A DNA stretch of 63,222 nt, filler included, from a bacterium (GTDB taxonomy: Bacteria; JADJOY01): the NCBI GenBank assembly GCA_046331705.1. It is 3 parts of 3 records of this genome, joined end to end, with 100 filler letters (N's around TTAATTAATTAA, not from the genome) between each part and the next. Parts side by side here need not be neighbours in the genome. Positions count along the whole stretch, not along the records: positions 1 to 24,490 come from JAXLQJ010000082.1; positions 24,591 to 48,993 come from JAXLQJ010000083.1; 1 more part is not named here. One strand, 5' to 3'. The translations under genes were made by a program, and so were the position numbers. Below, one piece after another: positions 19,077 to 29,723 of this stretch; positions within the stretch are counted from its first letter, which is position 1; every line of letters begins with the position of its first letter. A model generated the notes under the pieces. The model was given only the letters and a program-made list of their open reading frames with translations. It was not told the origin of the DNA and ran no database searches.

Positions 19077-20696
19077 ATGGACTTGACCGATTGGACGATC
19101 CCGCGCCTGGTGCGGCGAGCCGCAGAGCGCTTTCCCAGCGCCCATGCCCTCGAGGACGGCGCCGCCGTCCTCACCTTCCCGGAGCTCCTCGCCGCGTCGC
19201 GGCGCGCCTCCGCGGCCCTCCTCGCCGCAGGCGTGACGCCCGGCGATCGCGTGGCGATCTGGGCGCCCAACGTCCACGAGTGGGTCGTGGCCGCGCTCGG
19301 CATCCATGGCGTCGGCGGCGTGCTGGTGCCGCTCAACACGCGGATGAAGGGCGCCGAGGCCGGCTACGTGCTGGAGAAGAGTCGGGCGCGTTTGCTCTTC
19401 GTGGTCGCGTCCTTCCTCGACAACGACTACGTCGCGATGCTGCGCAACGCGCTGGGAGGGCCGGACGGAGCGCGCCCGGTCGGCGGGCTGCCGGCGCTCG
19501 AGCGAATCGTGGTGCTGCGCGGCGGCGCCGCCCCGGGTTGTGTCGAGTGGGAAGCGTTCCTGCGCGGCGGAGAGCGGCTCGATCCCGCGGTGGTGGAGGA
19601 GCGGGCGCACGCGGTCGAGCCCGACGATCTCTCGGACATCCTCTTCACCTCGGGCACCACCGGGAAGCCCAAGGGCGTCATGACCACCCACGCGCAGAAC
19701 CTGCGGGCCTACGCGGCGTGGAGCGAGGTCGTCGGCTTGCGCGCCGGTGACCGCTACCTGGTGGTCAACCCGTTCTTCCATGCCTTCGGCTACAAGGCCG
19801 GCTGGCTGGCCTCGCTCCTGCGCGGAGCCACCGTGTTGCCGCACCTGGTTTTCGACGTGCCGCAGGTGCTCGAGCGGATCGGGCGCGATCGGATCACGAT
19901 GCTCCCCGGCCCACCCACGCTCTATCAGATGATCCTGGCCCACCCGGATCGCGACCGGTTCGACCTGCGTTCGCTGCGGCTCGCCGTCACCGGCGCGGCG
20001 TCGATTCCCGTCGAGCTCATCGTGCGCATGCGTCGCGAGCTCACCTTCGAGACGATCATCACGGGCTACGGGCTCACCGAGGCGTGCGGCATCGCCACGA
20101 TGTGCCGTTACGACGACGATCCCGAGACCATCGCCACCACCTCCGGCCGCGCGATTCCCGACGTGGAGGTGCGTTGCGTCGATCCCGAGGGCGTGGAGGT
20201 CGCGCGGGGCACGCCGGGCGAGATCGTGGTGCGCGGCTACAACGTCATGCGCGGCTATTTCGAGGACCCGCGTGCGACGGCCGACGCCATCGACGCCGAG
20301 GGATGGCTGCACACGGGCGACATCGGCGTCATGGACGCGCGTGGCTACCTGCGCATCACCGATCGCATCAAGGACATGTTCATCGTGGGCGGCTTCAACG
20401 TGTATCCCGCGGAGGTCGAGGCAGGGCTCGTCGCGCACGACGGAATCGCACAGGCCGCCGTGATCGGTGTCCCCGACGAGCGCTTGGGCGAGGTGGGCAT
20501 GGCGTGGGTGGTGCCGCGCCCCGGAGCCGCGCTCGACGCCGACGCCCTCGTCGGCTGGTGTCGAGAGCGCATGGCCAACTACAAGGTGCCGCGCTACGTC
20601 GAGATCGTGGACGCGCTGCCGCTCAACGCCTCGGGCAAAGTCACCAAGTTCGTGCTGCGCGACCGCGCCCGCGAACGCCTCGCCGTCGCCGGCTGA
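19077..20696 (+). CDS. fadD3: FadD3-family acyl-CoA ligase (HIP-CoA ligase-like)
   Basis: DILFTSGTTGKPKG, YLVVNPFFHAFGYKAG, AVTGAASIP, YGLTE, ATTSGRAIP, KDMFIVGGFNVYPAE and MANYKVPR are characteristic of the FadD3 subfamily. The subfamily call is less certain than the ligase call. Confidence 0.8.
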   Translation: MDLTDWTIPRLVRRAAERFPSAHALEDGAAVLTFPELLAASRRASAALLAAGVTPGDRVAIWAPNVHEWVVAALGIHGVGGVLVPLNTRMKGAEAGYVLEKSRARLLFVVASFLDNDYVAMLRNALGGPDGARPVGGLPALERIVVLRGGAAPGCVEWEAFLRGGERLDPAVVEERAHAVEPDDLSDILFTSGTTGKPKGVMTTHAQNLRAYAAWSEVVGLRAGDRYLVVNPFFHAFGYKAGWLASLLRGATVLPHLVFDVPQVLERIGRDRITMLPGPPTLYQMILAHPDRDRFDLRSLRLAVTGAASIPVELIVRMRRELTFETIITGYGLTEACGIATMCRYDDDPETIATTSGRAIPDVEVRCVDPEGVEVARGTPGEIVVRGYNVMRGYFEDPRATADAIDAEGWLHTGDIGVMDARGYLRITDRIKDMFIVGGFNVYPAEVEAGLVAHDGIAQAAVIGVPDERLGEVGMAWVVPRPGAALDADALVGWCRERMANYKVPRYVEIVDALPLNASGKVTKFVLRDRARERLAVAG

Positions 20697-20827
20697 ACCG
20701 GCGCGCCGGCGCGCCCGGCGTCGAGCCACTTCCCTCGAGGTGCACGCGGCGCTCGAGATCGGTACGATCCGCGTACTGGTTTCCCCCGACGCGTCCGCTC
20801 GGTCGCGTCGCGGGACCGAGAGCGCCC

Positions 20828-22291
20828 GTGCGGATCGTCGTCGCCAACTCGCCGCTGACCCTCGGGCCGCAGTTCCCGATCCCCACGATCATCCTCGACA
20901 AGGGCAAGGACATGCCCTTGGGACCGCTCTACCTGGCGGCGGCGCTCGGACAGGCCGGCTACGACGACGTGCACGTGCTCGACATCCACTCGCTGGGGTT
21001 GAGCCCGGCGGCGGCGGCGCAGCGGATCGTGGCGCTCGCCCCCGACCTGCTGGCGGTCAAGGTCTACAGTTTTTCCTGGTACGACGCCGTGCTCCTCGCC
21101 CGCGAGGTGCGGCGCGGCCTGCCGCGCTGCCACATCGCGTTCGGCGGTCCGCACGCCGATCACTACGCGGCGGCCATGGCCTCGGTGGGCGCGTGCGACA
21201 GCGTGTGCGCCGGTTACGGGGAGGCGGCGATCGTGGCGCTCGCGCGCGCGGTCGAGCGCGGCGCGTCGCCGGCGGGTATCCCGGGGATCGCGTACCACGA
21301 CGGCGCGAGCGTCGTGAGCACGCCGCCGGCGCCGCTACCGGACGACCTCGACACGATCCCCTTTCCCGACCGCGGGCGGGTGCGCCTCGAGGACTACACC
21401 TCGTGGATGATCGATCGTCCGCTCGCCACCACGGCGGTGATGACGAGCCGCGGTTGTCCGTTCGCCTGTGCGTTCTGCTCGGAGGCGCGCACCCGATTCC
21501 GCCAGCGCAGCGTGGCGAACGTGGTCGCCGAGCTGCGCGACTGCCACGAGCGCGGCTACCGGATGGTGAACTTCGAGGACGACATCATGAACCTCGACCG
21601 CCGCTGGATGCTGGCGTTCGCCGACTCGATGGCGTCGCTCGCCGCGCGGCCGCAGTGGGGATTTCGCGGTCGCGTCGGCGGCTTCGATCGCACGCTGGCC
21701 CGCGCGTGCGCCCGCGCCGGTTGTACCCGCATCAACTTCGGCGTCGAGTCGGGAACGGACGCGATCCAGGCCTGGATGGGGAAGGGGATCACGCTCGCCG
21801 ACGTCCGCCAGGCGGTGGCGGCCGCGAGGGAGGAAGGCATCACGACGGTCTGCTACTTCATCCTCGGGTTCCCGAGCGAGACCCCCGAGATGATGCGCGC
21901 GACCTACCGCTTCGCCCGCGAGATCTCGCCGGACTACGCCCAGTTCACACCGCTGGTGGTGCTGCCCGGAACCCAGCTCTACGAGCGGGAGCGCAAGCTC
22001 AACGGTCCCGACTACGACCCCTTCCTCGACTACACCCTCGCACCGCGTCCCGGGTTCGCGATCCCGCCGCCCACGGGTACGGCGCCGCGCGCGACGGTGT
22101 TCCGCCACGTGCGCGCCGCGTATCTGGGCTACTACTTCCGTCCGCGATTCCTGTTTTCCGGCAAGGCCACCCGCGGCGGGTGGCGGCGCGGGTTGCGCGC
22201 CGGCTTGTCCTTGGTCGCGTACGTGTTGCGTGGGAACCGCGGCTATCGCGAGCGGGCGCCGCTCGCCATGCCGGCGCTCGCCGCGTCCTGA
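20828..22291 (+). CDS. Cobalamin-binding radical SAM protein (class B methylase/BchE-like)
   Basis: PLGPLYLAA, FGGPHA, TSRGCPFACAFC (CxxxCxxC), FGVESG and FILGFPSET. GTG start at 20828 is inferred. Confidence 0.88.
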   Translation: MRIVVANSPLTLGPQFPIPTIILDKGKDMPLGPLYLAAALGQAGYDDVHVLDIHSLGLSPAAAAQRIVALAPDLLAVKVYSFSWYDAVLLAREVRRGLPRCHIAFGGPHADHYAAAMASVGACDSVCAGYGEAAIVALARAVERGASPAGIPGIAYHDGASVVSTPPAPLPDDLDTIPFPDRGRVRLEDYTSWMIDRPLATTAVMTSRGCPFACAFCSEARTRFRQRSVANVVAELRDCHERGYRMVNFEDDIMNLDRRWMLAFADSMASLAARPQWGFRGRVGGFDRTLARACARAGCTRINFGVESGTDAIQAWMGKGITLADVRQAVAAAREEGITTVCYFILGFPSETPEMMRATYRFAREISPDYAQFTPLVVLPGTQLYERERKLNGPDYDPFLDYTLAPRPGFAIPPPTGTAPRATVFRHVRAAYLGYYFRPRFLFSGKATRGGWRRGLRAGLSLVAYVLRGNRGYRERAPLAMPALAAS

Positions 22292-22337
22292 GCCGTTCCA
22301 GGCGCGCGCGAGGCGGGCGGGGCGCGGGCCAGCGCGC

Positions 22338-24095
22338 TCACGAGCGCGCTCCCGCCGCCGCCAGAGGGCGAGGCTCGACGGCGCGCGGCGACGGATCGCG
22401 CTCACCGTCGCGATCTCGCGTCGGCACGGGTGGCGTGCGGCGCTCGCGCCCGGGCTCGGCGGCCCGCGCCGCATCGGCAGCCGGCGTGGGTCCCGTCGCG
22501 GGCACGGGTGCCGCTCGCAGCCATTCGAGCAGGCGCCGTATCTCGGGCACCCCAAACAGGCGCGCCAGCCCGAGGTCGACGAGCACGCCCAGGACGCCGA
22601 GCGCCACGAGCTCGGCGAGGCGCAGCACGCTCGCGGACTCGGCGCTCAGGGCGGTCGCCGCCGCGTGGCTCGTGATCCAGGCGCTCGCGTGCTCCTCGAT
22701 CGGCACCAGCGCCGCGCCCATCGCGGTCGCCGCGAGCCACGGCCGGGCGCTCGCGCGGACGAGGCGCGCGAGACCCAGCCTGCCGAGACGCCGCCTGAGC
22801 AGCATCACGAGCAGCGGAAACGAGATCCACGCGTTGACGCTGAACGCGAACGCGATCCCGCCCACGTCCCAGCGTTCGGCGAGGCCGTAGCCGAGCAGCG
22901 TCATCGGCGGCAGCAGCGCGAACGCGAGAGCCGCCAGCCGCCGCGCCTCGCCCATCGACATCGCCAGATAGGTCGGCACCTGGTTGAGGACGATCGCCGC
23001 GATCCACGGCGCGAAGCCGAGCACCACGTCGCCCGTGAGGCGCGTGCTCTCCGCGGAGAAGCGGCCCCGCTCGAAGAGCGCTCCGACCAGCGGTGCGCGC
23101 AACACGATGACCAGCACGATCAGCGGCGCCAGCGCGACGCTCGCGATGCGCACGAAGCTCACCACCAGCAGGCGCAGCCGGGCGAGGTCGCCGGCTGCGA
23201 CCAGCGCCGCCATCCGCGGGTAGAGCGGCGAGACCAGCGAGCCCTGCACCAGCGTCGGGATCACCGCCAGCACCGAGGTGCCGTAGCGGAACGCCGCGAC
23301 CCGGCCCGCGCCCAGGTGCGACGCGAGCGCGGAGGCGATGCCGAAGCCCGTCACCACCGCCAGCGAGAACGCGGTGGTGGGCGCGATCTGACGCAGCACC
23401 GCCTGGAAGGAATCGTCGCGCCAGTCCACACCGATGCGCAGATCGCGGCGATGGGGGAGCAGCCGGGGCAGCACGGCGAGCGCTTGGAGCGCGTAGCCTC
23501 CCACCACGCCCCACGCCGCCCCTTCGATCCCGATCCTCGGGCCGAGCAGCAGCACGCCGGCGATGAGGCCGAGGCTGGGGAAGAGCGTCGCGATGGCCGT
23601 CGAGGTGTAGCGGCCATGCGAGTAGAGGACGGCCTCGGCGATGGCGAAGGCAGGGAAGAGCACCAGCACCGGCGCTGCGATGCGGCTCATGCGCACGAAG
23701 TGGCTGCCCGCTTCGCCGGCGAGGGAGGGGACCCAAGCGCGAGCGAACGGCACCGCCAGCGCGTAGCCGATGGCCACCACGCCGAGCACGCCGAGCGCGA
23801 AGCTCGCGACACTCGACGCCAGCCGCCACGCCTCCGGCTGACCCTCGTTGTCGCGCGTGGCGACGAAGCGGGGAACCAGGCAGAGGTGCAGGATCGAGCG
23901 GCTGTGGAAGCCGAGCAGCACCGGCAGGAGCTGAGCGAGAAAGAAGGCGTCGGTTTCCGGGCCGGCGCCGAAGCGGGCGGCGACCACCGCCACCGACACG
24001 AACCGCAGCCCCAGCGAGACGATGCCGATCGCGAGCAGCGCGACCGAGGCGGAGCGAAGGTGCTCCGGTTTGCCGAGGGACGGAGGGACGTCCAT
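22338..24095 (-). CDS. MurJ/MviN-like lipid-linked precursor flippase
   Basis: AARFGAGPETDAFFLA, many TM helices and LFERGRFSAEST. Start re-set to MDVPP. Confidence 0.82.
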   Translation of the reverse strand: MDVPPSLGKPEHLRSASVALLAIGIVSLGLRFVSVAVVAARFGAGPETDAFFLAQLLPVLLGFHSRSILHLCLVPRFVATRDNEGQPEAWRLASSVASFALGVLGVVAIGYALAVPFARAWVPSLAGEAGSHFVRMSRIAAPVLVLFPAFAIAEAVLYSHGRYTSTAIATLFPSLGLIAGVLLLGPRIGIEGAAWGVVGGYALQALAVLPRLLPHRRDLRIGVDWRDDSFQAVLRQIAPTTAFSLAVVTGFGIASALASHLGAGRVAAFRYGTSVLAVIPTLVQGSLVSPLYPRMAALVAAGDLARLRLLVVSFVRIASVALAPLIVLVIVLRAPLVGALFERGRFSAESTRLTGDVVLGFAPWIAAIVLNQVPTYLAMSMGEARRLAALAFALLPPMTLLGYGLAERWDVGGIAFAFSVNAWISFPLLVMLLRRRLGRLGLARLVRASARPWLAATAMGAALVPIEEHASAWITSHAAATALSAESASVLRLAELVALGVLGVLVDLGLARLFGVPEIRRLLEWLRAAPVPATGPTPAADAARAAEPGRERRTPPVPTRDRDGERDPSPRAVEPRPLAAAGARS

Positions 24096-24338
24096 GCGAC
24101 GTTGCGTACGCGAGCGAGCACCGCATCCACGGGGCGTGGGTGGTCGTGCTCGTCGCCGTGCTGGGATAGCCGAGCATCCGGCATGCCAGCGTTCGCCAGC
24201 GCTGGGCGGCGATTTCGTCTCGCTGCGCTGACAATGCGCCTGGCCGTCAGGCGCAACGCCCGGGCAAAGGTCCGCAATCGTCGCGACGAGAGCACAGCGG
24301 TCGACCGATTGACGCCCTCGCGGCGCGGTTGGCGGTCG

Positions 24339-24358
24339 AAATAGAACGTGTTCTACTT
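24339..24358. promoter_or_regulatory. KstR-like palindromic operator upstream of the thiolase
   Basis: AAATAGAACGTGTTCTACTT with core TAGAACGTGTTCTA, 45 bp before the thiolase ATG. Confidence 0.8.
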
Positions 24359-24402
24359 GCGACCCCGATCCCACGACGTCGCCGTTTCGAGGAGAGCAAG
24401 CG

Positions 24403-24490
24403 ATGCCCGAGGCCTACATCGTCGACGCCGTCCGTACACCCGTGGGCAAGCGCAAGGGCGGGCTCAGCCAGGTCCATCCGGCGGACCTGG
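24403..24490 (+). CDS. Acetyl-CoA C-acyltransferase (thiolase), FadA6-like, truncated by the assembly gap
   Basis: GAGGAG RBS, then MPEAYIVDAVRTPVGKRKGGLSQVHPADL, a classic thiolase N-terminus. Not in the ORF track. Confidence 0.85.
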
Positions 24491-24590
24491 NNNNNNNNNN
24501 NNNNNNNNNNNNNNNNNNNNNNNNNNNNNNNNNNTTAATTAATTAANNNNNNNNNNNNNNNNNNNNNNNNNNNNNNNNNNNNNNNNNNNN
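24491..24590. other. Artificial contig linker
   Basis: Ns flanking TTAATTAATTAA (stops in all six frames). Genes on both sides are truncated. Confidence 0.97.
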
Positions 24591-27158
24591 ATTCGGACCT
24601 TCGGTGGTGACCAGCGACGCGAGCTCGGAGAGCGGCAGGAAATCCGGGCGTCCGCCGCCATCGGAGGCGTCGGTGCCGCGGGCGCCACCCTCCGCCAGGT
24701 CGACGTGGCCGAGCGGGATCGGCAGGTTGGCGAGCGCCGTGAGGTCGCGCCGGAACGGCTCCGGCAGTCGGACGATCAGGTCGAAGCGTCGGTCGCCTTC
24801 GAAGACTTGGCCGGCCTCGCGGCCCCCGACGGCGATCGATGCCACTTCCTGGACGTCGGCGACCGAGAGGCCGTACCGCGCCAGCGCGCCGCGATCGACG
24901 TCGATGCTGAGCAGCGGCAGCCCTTCCACCTGCTCGACGCGCACCCCGGTCGCGCCGCGCGTGGCACGCAGCTCGGCGGCGATCCGGTTGGCGGGTGCGA
25001 GCAGCTGATCGAGCTCGTCGCCGAAGACCTTGACCGCGACGTCGCCGCGCACGCCGGCGATGAGCTCGTTGAAGCGCATCTCGATGGGCTGCGTGAACTC
25101 GTAGTTGTTGCCGATCAGCGTCGCGAGCGCGGCTTCGATTCGCTCGCCCACCTCGGCCTTGGTCGCCGCGGGATCCGGCCACTCGCGGCGCGGCTTCAGC
25201 ACCGCGAACGAGTCCGACACGTTGGGAGGCATGGGGTCGGATGCCATCTCGGCGGTACCGGTCTTCGAGAACACGAACGCCACCTCCGGCACCCGTTGAA
25301 TCGCCCGCTCGACCTCGCGCTGCATCTCGGTGGCTTGGGTGAGGCTGGTGCTGGGAATGCGGATGGCGTGGATGGCGAAGTCGAGCTCGCCGAGGGTCGG
25401 CACGAACTCCTGGCCCAGGCGCGTGAAGAGCGCGACCGATCCCGCGAGGACCAGCACGGTGACCGCGAGCACCGCCCCACGAAAGCGCAGCGCGAGCGCC
25501 AGGCTGGGCTCGTACGCGCGCCGCGCGACGCGCACGAACGCGTTCTCGTGCTCGCGAATCCGTCCGGAGAGCACGGTCGCCGCCATCGCCGGCACGAACG
25601 TCAGCGCGATCGCGAACGCGGCGGCCAGCGCGAAGATCACGGTCAACGCCATCGGCCGGAACGTCTTTCCCTCCACTCCGGTGAGGAAGAGGATGGGCAC
25701 GTAGACGGTGATGATGATCGCGCCCCCGAAGACCGCCGGTCCGAGCACCTGCTTGCTCGCGTGCAGCGTGACCTCGAGTCGCTCGCCGGCGCTGAGCGGG
25801 CGCCCCAGGTGCCGTTGGCGCTCCGCGAGCAGACGCAGGCAGTTCTCGACGATGATCACCGAGCCATCGACGATGAGCCCGAAATCGATGGCGCCCAGGC
25901 TCATGAGATTGCCGCTGATCCGGCTCTCGACCATGCCGATCGCCGTGAGCAGCATCGAGAGCGGGATCGCCAGCGCGGTGAGCAAGGCCGCGCGGAAGTT
26001 GCCGAGCAACGCGAAGAGCACCACCACCACGAGGAGCGCGCCCTCGGCGAGGTTCTTCGCCACGGTCTGGATGGTCGCGTCCACCAAGTCGGTGCGATCG
26101 AGGACGGTCCTGACCTCCACGTCGGCGGGCAGGGTCCTCGACACCTCGGCGAGCGCCTCGGCCACGGCACGCGCGACGGCACGGCTGTTCTCGCCGATGC
26201 GCATCAACGCGGTCCCCACCACCACCTCTTCGCCGCCCGCGGTGGCGCTGCCGGTACGCATCTCGGGCCCGATGCCCACCCACGCCAGATCGCGCACGTA
26301 GATCGGCACACCGTCGCGCTCCTTCACGAGGATCGTCTCGATCTCGTCCACGCGCTGGATGCGCCCGGTCGCGCGCACCCCCCACGATTCGCCGTTGTTC
26401 TCGATGTAGCCGGCGCCGGCGCTCACGTTGTTCGCCTGAAGCGCCTCCACCAGATCGTGGAACGTGAGACCGTGTGCCACGAGCAGCGTGGGGTCGGGCT
26501 GAACGTGGAACTGCTTCACGAAGCCGCCGATGGCGTCGATTCCCGCCACGCCCGGGACGTTCTTGAGCTGCGGGCGCACGATCCAGTCCTGCACGGTGCG
26601 CAGGTACGCAGCGCGTTCCAGCTCGGTCGCGAGCCGCTCGCCTTCCGGCGTCAGGTAGGCACCGTCCGGTTGCCACCCCCCGCTGCCCGATGCGGCCGCG
26701 CCGTCGCCGCGCGGATGGGCGTAGCGGACCACCCACATCGCGACCTCGCCCAAGCCGGTGGCGATCGGGCCCATCGTGGGCTCGGTGCCCGCGGGAAGGC
26801 TCTCGCGGATCTCGGTCAACCGCTCCAGGATCTGCTGCCGCGCGAAGTAGATGTCGACGTCGTCGGCGAAGACCGCCGTCACCTGCGAGAAGGCGTTCCG
26901 CGACAGCGAGCGCGTGTGCGCGAGTCCGGGAACTCCCGCGAGCGCCGTCTCGATGGGGAAGGTGACCTGCTTCTCGATCTCCGTTGGCGAGAGCGAGGCG
27001 TTCTCGGCGTTGATCTGGACCTGGTTGTTGGTGATGTCCGGCACGGCGTCGATGGGCAGCACCGTCAGCGCGTGGAGGCCGAAGGCTGCCGCCACGGTGG
27101 TGAGGAGAAACACGAACCCCCGCCGGGCGAGGGAGAAGCGCAGCACACGCTCGAGCAT
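24591..27158 (-). CDS. czcA: CzcA/CnrA-type heavy-metal RND efflux permease (3' end lost in the gap)
   Basis: LPIDAVPDITNNQVQIN, GNLMSLGAIDFGLIVDG, GVEGKTFRPMA, GTAEMASDPMPPN and FTQPIEMRFNELIAG. Confidence 0.93.
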
Positions 27159-27170
27159 GACCGGCCCCCC

Positions 27171-28184
27171 TCAGTGGTGATGCTCGGCTTCGGACTTGCC
27201 GAGCTCGGCTTTGAGCAGGAACGTCTGGGTGGTCGCCACGCGCTCGCCTTCGCTCAGGCCCGCGAGGATCTCGACCCGCGTGCGGCCTCGTCGCCCGAGC
27301 ACCACCGCGCGCGCCTGGACTGCGTCGCCGACCACGAATACCGACGGTCGACCGTCGATCGTCTGCAGCGCGGAGATGGGCACGGCGATCGCGGCGTCGT
27401 GGGGATCGAGCACCGCCGCCGACACGAACATGCCGGGCCGCCACTCTCCGCTCGCGTTCTCGAGCTCGACCCGCGCCGTCGCCGTGCGCGTGTTGGGGTC
27501 GAGAATGGGCGTGACGTAGTCGACGCGGCCGTCGACGCTCGGTCCGTCCGCTCCGGCGCGGATTCGCACCTCCTGTCCGGCGCGCAATCGGTGCAGATCG
27601 CGTTGATACACGCGCAGCCGCACCCACACGGTGCTCAGGTCCGCGACCACGAACGCCTCGTGGTCGCGATCCACCGCCTCGCCGCGGGTGACGTGCTTGG
27701 CGACGATGGTGCCGTCGATCCGCGTGCTCAGCTCGTACGGCGCCAGGCTCTCGCTGCTCTCGACGACGGCGAGCACGTCGCCCTTGCGCACCCGGTCGCC
27801 GACGTTGCGCCTCACCTCGCGGACGATTCCCGCAAAGCGAGGCGTGATGTGGGCGAGCCGGTCCTCGTTCGCCGTCACCTCGCCGACCAGATCGATACCG
27901 GTGTCGATCGATCCAGCGCGCGCCGGCTCGACGCGGATGGCGTGACGGGCAAGCTCGTCGGGGCCGAGCCGCGGCGGCTCGTCGTGATGGCCGGCCGCCC
28001 CGGAGTCGTGCTCGGCGCCGTGCTCGTCCGTGTGCCTGGCGGCGCGCTCGACGTTCGGCGCGGCCTCGTGGCCGTGATCGGCGTGCGATTCCGTCGCGTG
28101 CGCGTCCGCCGGGGCGACGAGGGCGGCCACGACGAGCGCGCTGGCAGCGGTGACGGTGCGGGTCAGCATTCGGAGCGAGGTCAT
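27171..28184 (-). CDS. czcB: CzcB-type periplasmic adaptor (MFP) with a His-rich N-terminus
   Basis: His-rich leader, GDRVRKGDVLA, VADLSTVWV, WRPGMFV and LLKAELGKSEAEHHH. Confidence 0.9.
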   Translation of the reverse strand: MTSLRMLTRTVTAASALVVAALVAPADAHATESHADHGHEAAPNVERAARHTDEHGAEHDSGAAGHHDEPPRLGPDELARHAIRVEPARAGSIDTGIDLVGEVTANEDRLAHITPRFAGIVREVRRNVGDRVRKGDVLAVVESSESLAPYELSTRIDGTIVAKHVTRGEAVDRDHEAFVVADLSTVWVRLRVYQRDLHRLRAGQEVRIRAGADGPSVDGRVDYVTPILDPNTRTATARVELENASGEWRPGMFVSAAVLDPHDAAIAVPISALQTIDGRPSVFVVGDAVQARAVVLGRRGRTRVEILAGLSEGERVATTQTFLLKAELGKSEAEHHH

Positions 28185-29560
28185 GGGCGGTCTCCCATCG
28201 CGGTCGTGCCCGCGCGTGGTCCGGCGAGGTCGAGGAGCGCGGGCAGCGCCAGCGCGGCGAGGTGGTACGACTCGCGAACGTCGATCGCTTCGAGGTGAAG
28301 CTCGGAGAGCGCGCGCTCGGCCTCCAGCACGTCGCTCAGTCGCGAGAGGCCGCGGTGGTAGGCGTCGCGGATGTCCCGGTGGAGGGCTTCCGCCTCGGGG
28401 ATGAGCGACGTGCGCAGGGTGGCGTCGCGCGCGTGCGCGGCGACCAGACGCTGGTGTGCGGCGCGGATCTCCGACGCGCGGGCAGCGCGTGCGGCGTGCG
28501 CCTGTGCGATCGCTCGCTCGCGCTGGTGGTGGGCGGCGTCGATCGCTCCTCGATTGCGATCGAAGAGGGGCAGCGGAACGCCGATCGATGCGACCATCGC
28601 CACGTCGTCGCCATCGGCCAGGAAGCGCGCGCCGGCGCCCACGCTCAGGTCGGGGATGGCGCGCGCGGCTTCGAGAGCGAGCGCGGCTTCGCGCTCGGCG
28701 ATCTCGGTCTCCCAGCGTGCCACCTCCGGGGTCTCACCCATCCGCTCCAGTGCGTCGTCCAGGCTGGGCGGCGCCGCCGGAATCGCGAGATCGCCGCGAA
28801 TCGACGTCGATCCGAGCTCCCGCTCGCCCCAGGTGGCCGCCAGCGCGCGGCGTGCGGCTTCGTGGTCGCGCACCCGGTCGTCGAGCTCGCCGCGCGAGCG
28901 GATCAGCGCGAACGCGGCGCGCCGTTCGTCGACGGTCGAGACCGCGCCGCTGCGCACTCCACGGCTCAACGCGTCGCGTAGCGCGGACTCGATCTCGACG
29001 CGTTCCCGTGCGCGCGTGACGCGCTCTCCCGCGGCGAGCGCGCGCACGAACGCCTCGGCCGTGTCGCGCACGACTTCCGCGCGCGTCGCGGCGTGGTCCC
29101 AACTCGTGACTTCGCGCGCGAGCTCCGCCACGCGCACGCGTCGTGCGCGCTTCCCGCCCAGCTCCAGCACTTGCTCGAGCGCCAGCGTGGTCTCGGAGGA
29201 GCGCCAGGCACGCGTCGCTCCCGTGCCCGCGAAGTTCTCCTGCTCGAGCGTCAACGTTGGATTGGGCGAGAGCGCCGCGGTGTGCCGTTCGGCGCCGCGC
29301 ACCGCGAGCTCGGCGGCGAGCGGCTCGAGCTGTGGCGAGCGAGCGAGCGCCGCGGTGATCGCGTCCGCCAGCGAGAGCGCGCCGTCTGGTGGCGAAGCCG
29401 GCGGGGTCGCGGCGGACGACGACGAGCACGAGGACGAGGAGAGCCCGCCCTCCGGCAGCGTCTGTGCGAGCGCGAGCGGCGCCGGCGCCGCGATCGCCAG
29501 CACGGCGAGGACGAGCGGCGCCGCTCCTGCGCTGCGGGTGGAGATGGGGATGACCGACAT
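28181..29560 (-). CDS. czcC: CzcC/TolC-family outer-membrane efflux protein
   Basis: PNPTL, LEQVLELGGKRARR, IPDLSVG and PLPLFDRNRG. Overlaps the czcB start. Confidence 0.9.
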   Translation of the reverse strand: MSVIPISTRSAGAAPLVLAVLAIAAPAPLALAQTLPEGGLSSSSCSSSSAATPPASPPDGALSLADAITAALARSPQLEPLAAELAVRGAERHTAALSPNPTLTLEQENFAGTGATRAWRSSETTLALEQVLELGGKRARRVRVAELAREVTSWDHAATRAEVVRDTAEAFVRALAAGERVTRARERVEIESALRDALSRGVRSGAVSTVDERRAAFALIRSRGELDDRVRDHEAARRALAATWGERELGSTSIRGDLAIPAAPPSLDDALERMGETPEVARWETEIAEREAALALEAARAIPDLSVGAGARFLADGDDVAMVASIGVPLPLFDRNRGAIDAAHHQRERAIAQAHAARAARASEIRAAHQRLVAAHARDATLRTSLIPEAEALHRDIRDAYHRGLSRLSDVLEAERALSELHLEAIDVRESYHLAALALPALLDLAGPRAGTTAMGDRP

Positions 29561-29723
29561 GGAAGCTGCTCCGCGTGGAGTGGTGGATCGCGGACAGCAC
29601 GGCCCCGATGGGCCGCGCGGAGCGCGGTGCGGACGGCGCGCGGCTCACGCGCGCCGAATCGGCCACGCGGGGACGCGAACGAAGAGCGCGCCTGCGCGGG
29701 GTGACCGCGTCAGGCCGCTGGCA

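Noticed and set aside
24491-24590. TTAATTAATTAA palindrome within N runs (also at 49038-49049)
   Set aside because: Artificial six-frame-stop linker used to join contigs. It is not biological, and gene adjacency across it was not used.
24705-28298. Very long antisense and alternate-frame ORFs (this one and many others in the track)
   Set aside because: Arg/Ala/Gly-rich shadow ORFs expected in high-GC DNA, lying opposite or overlapping well-supported genes.
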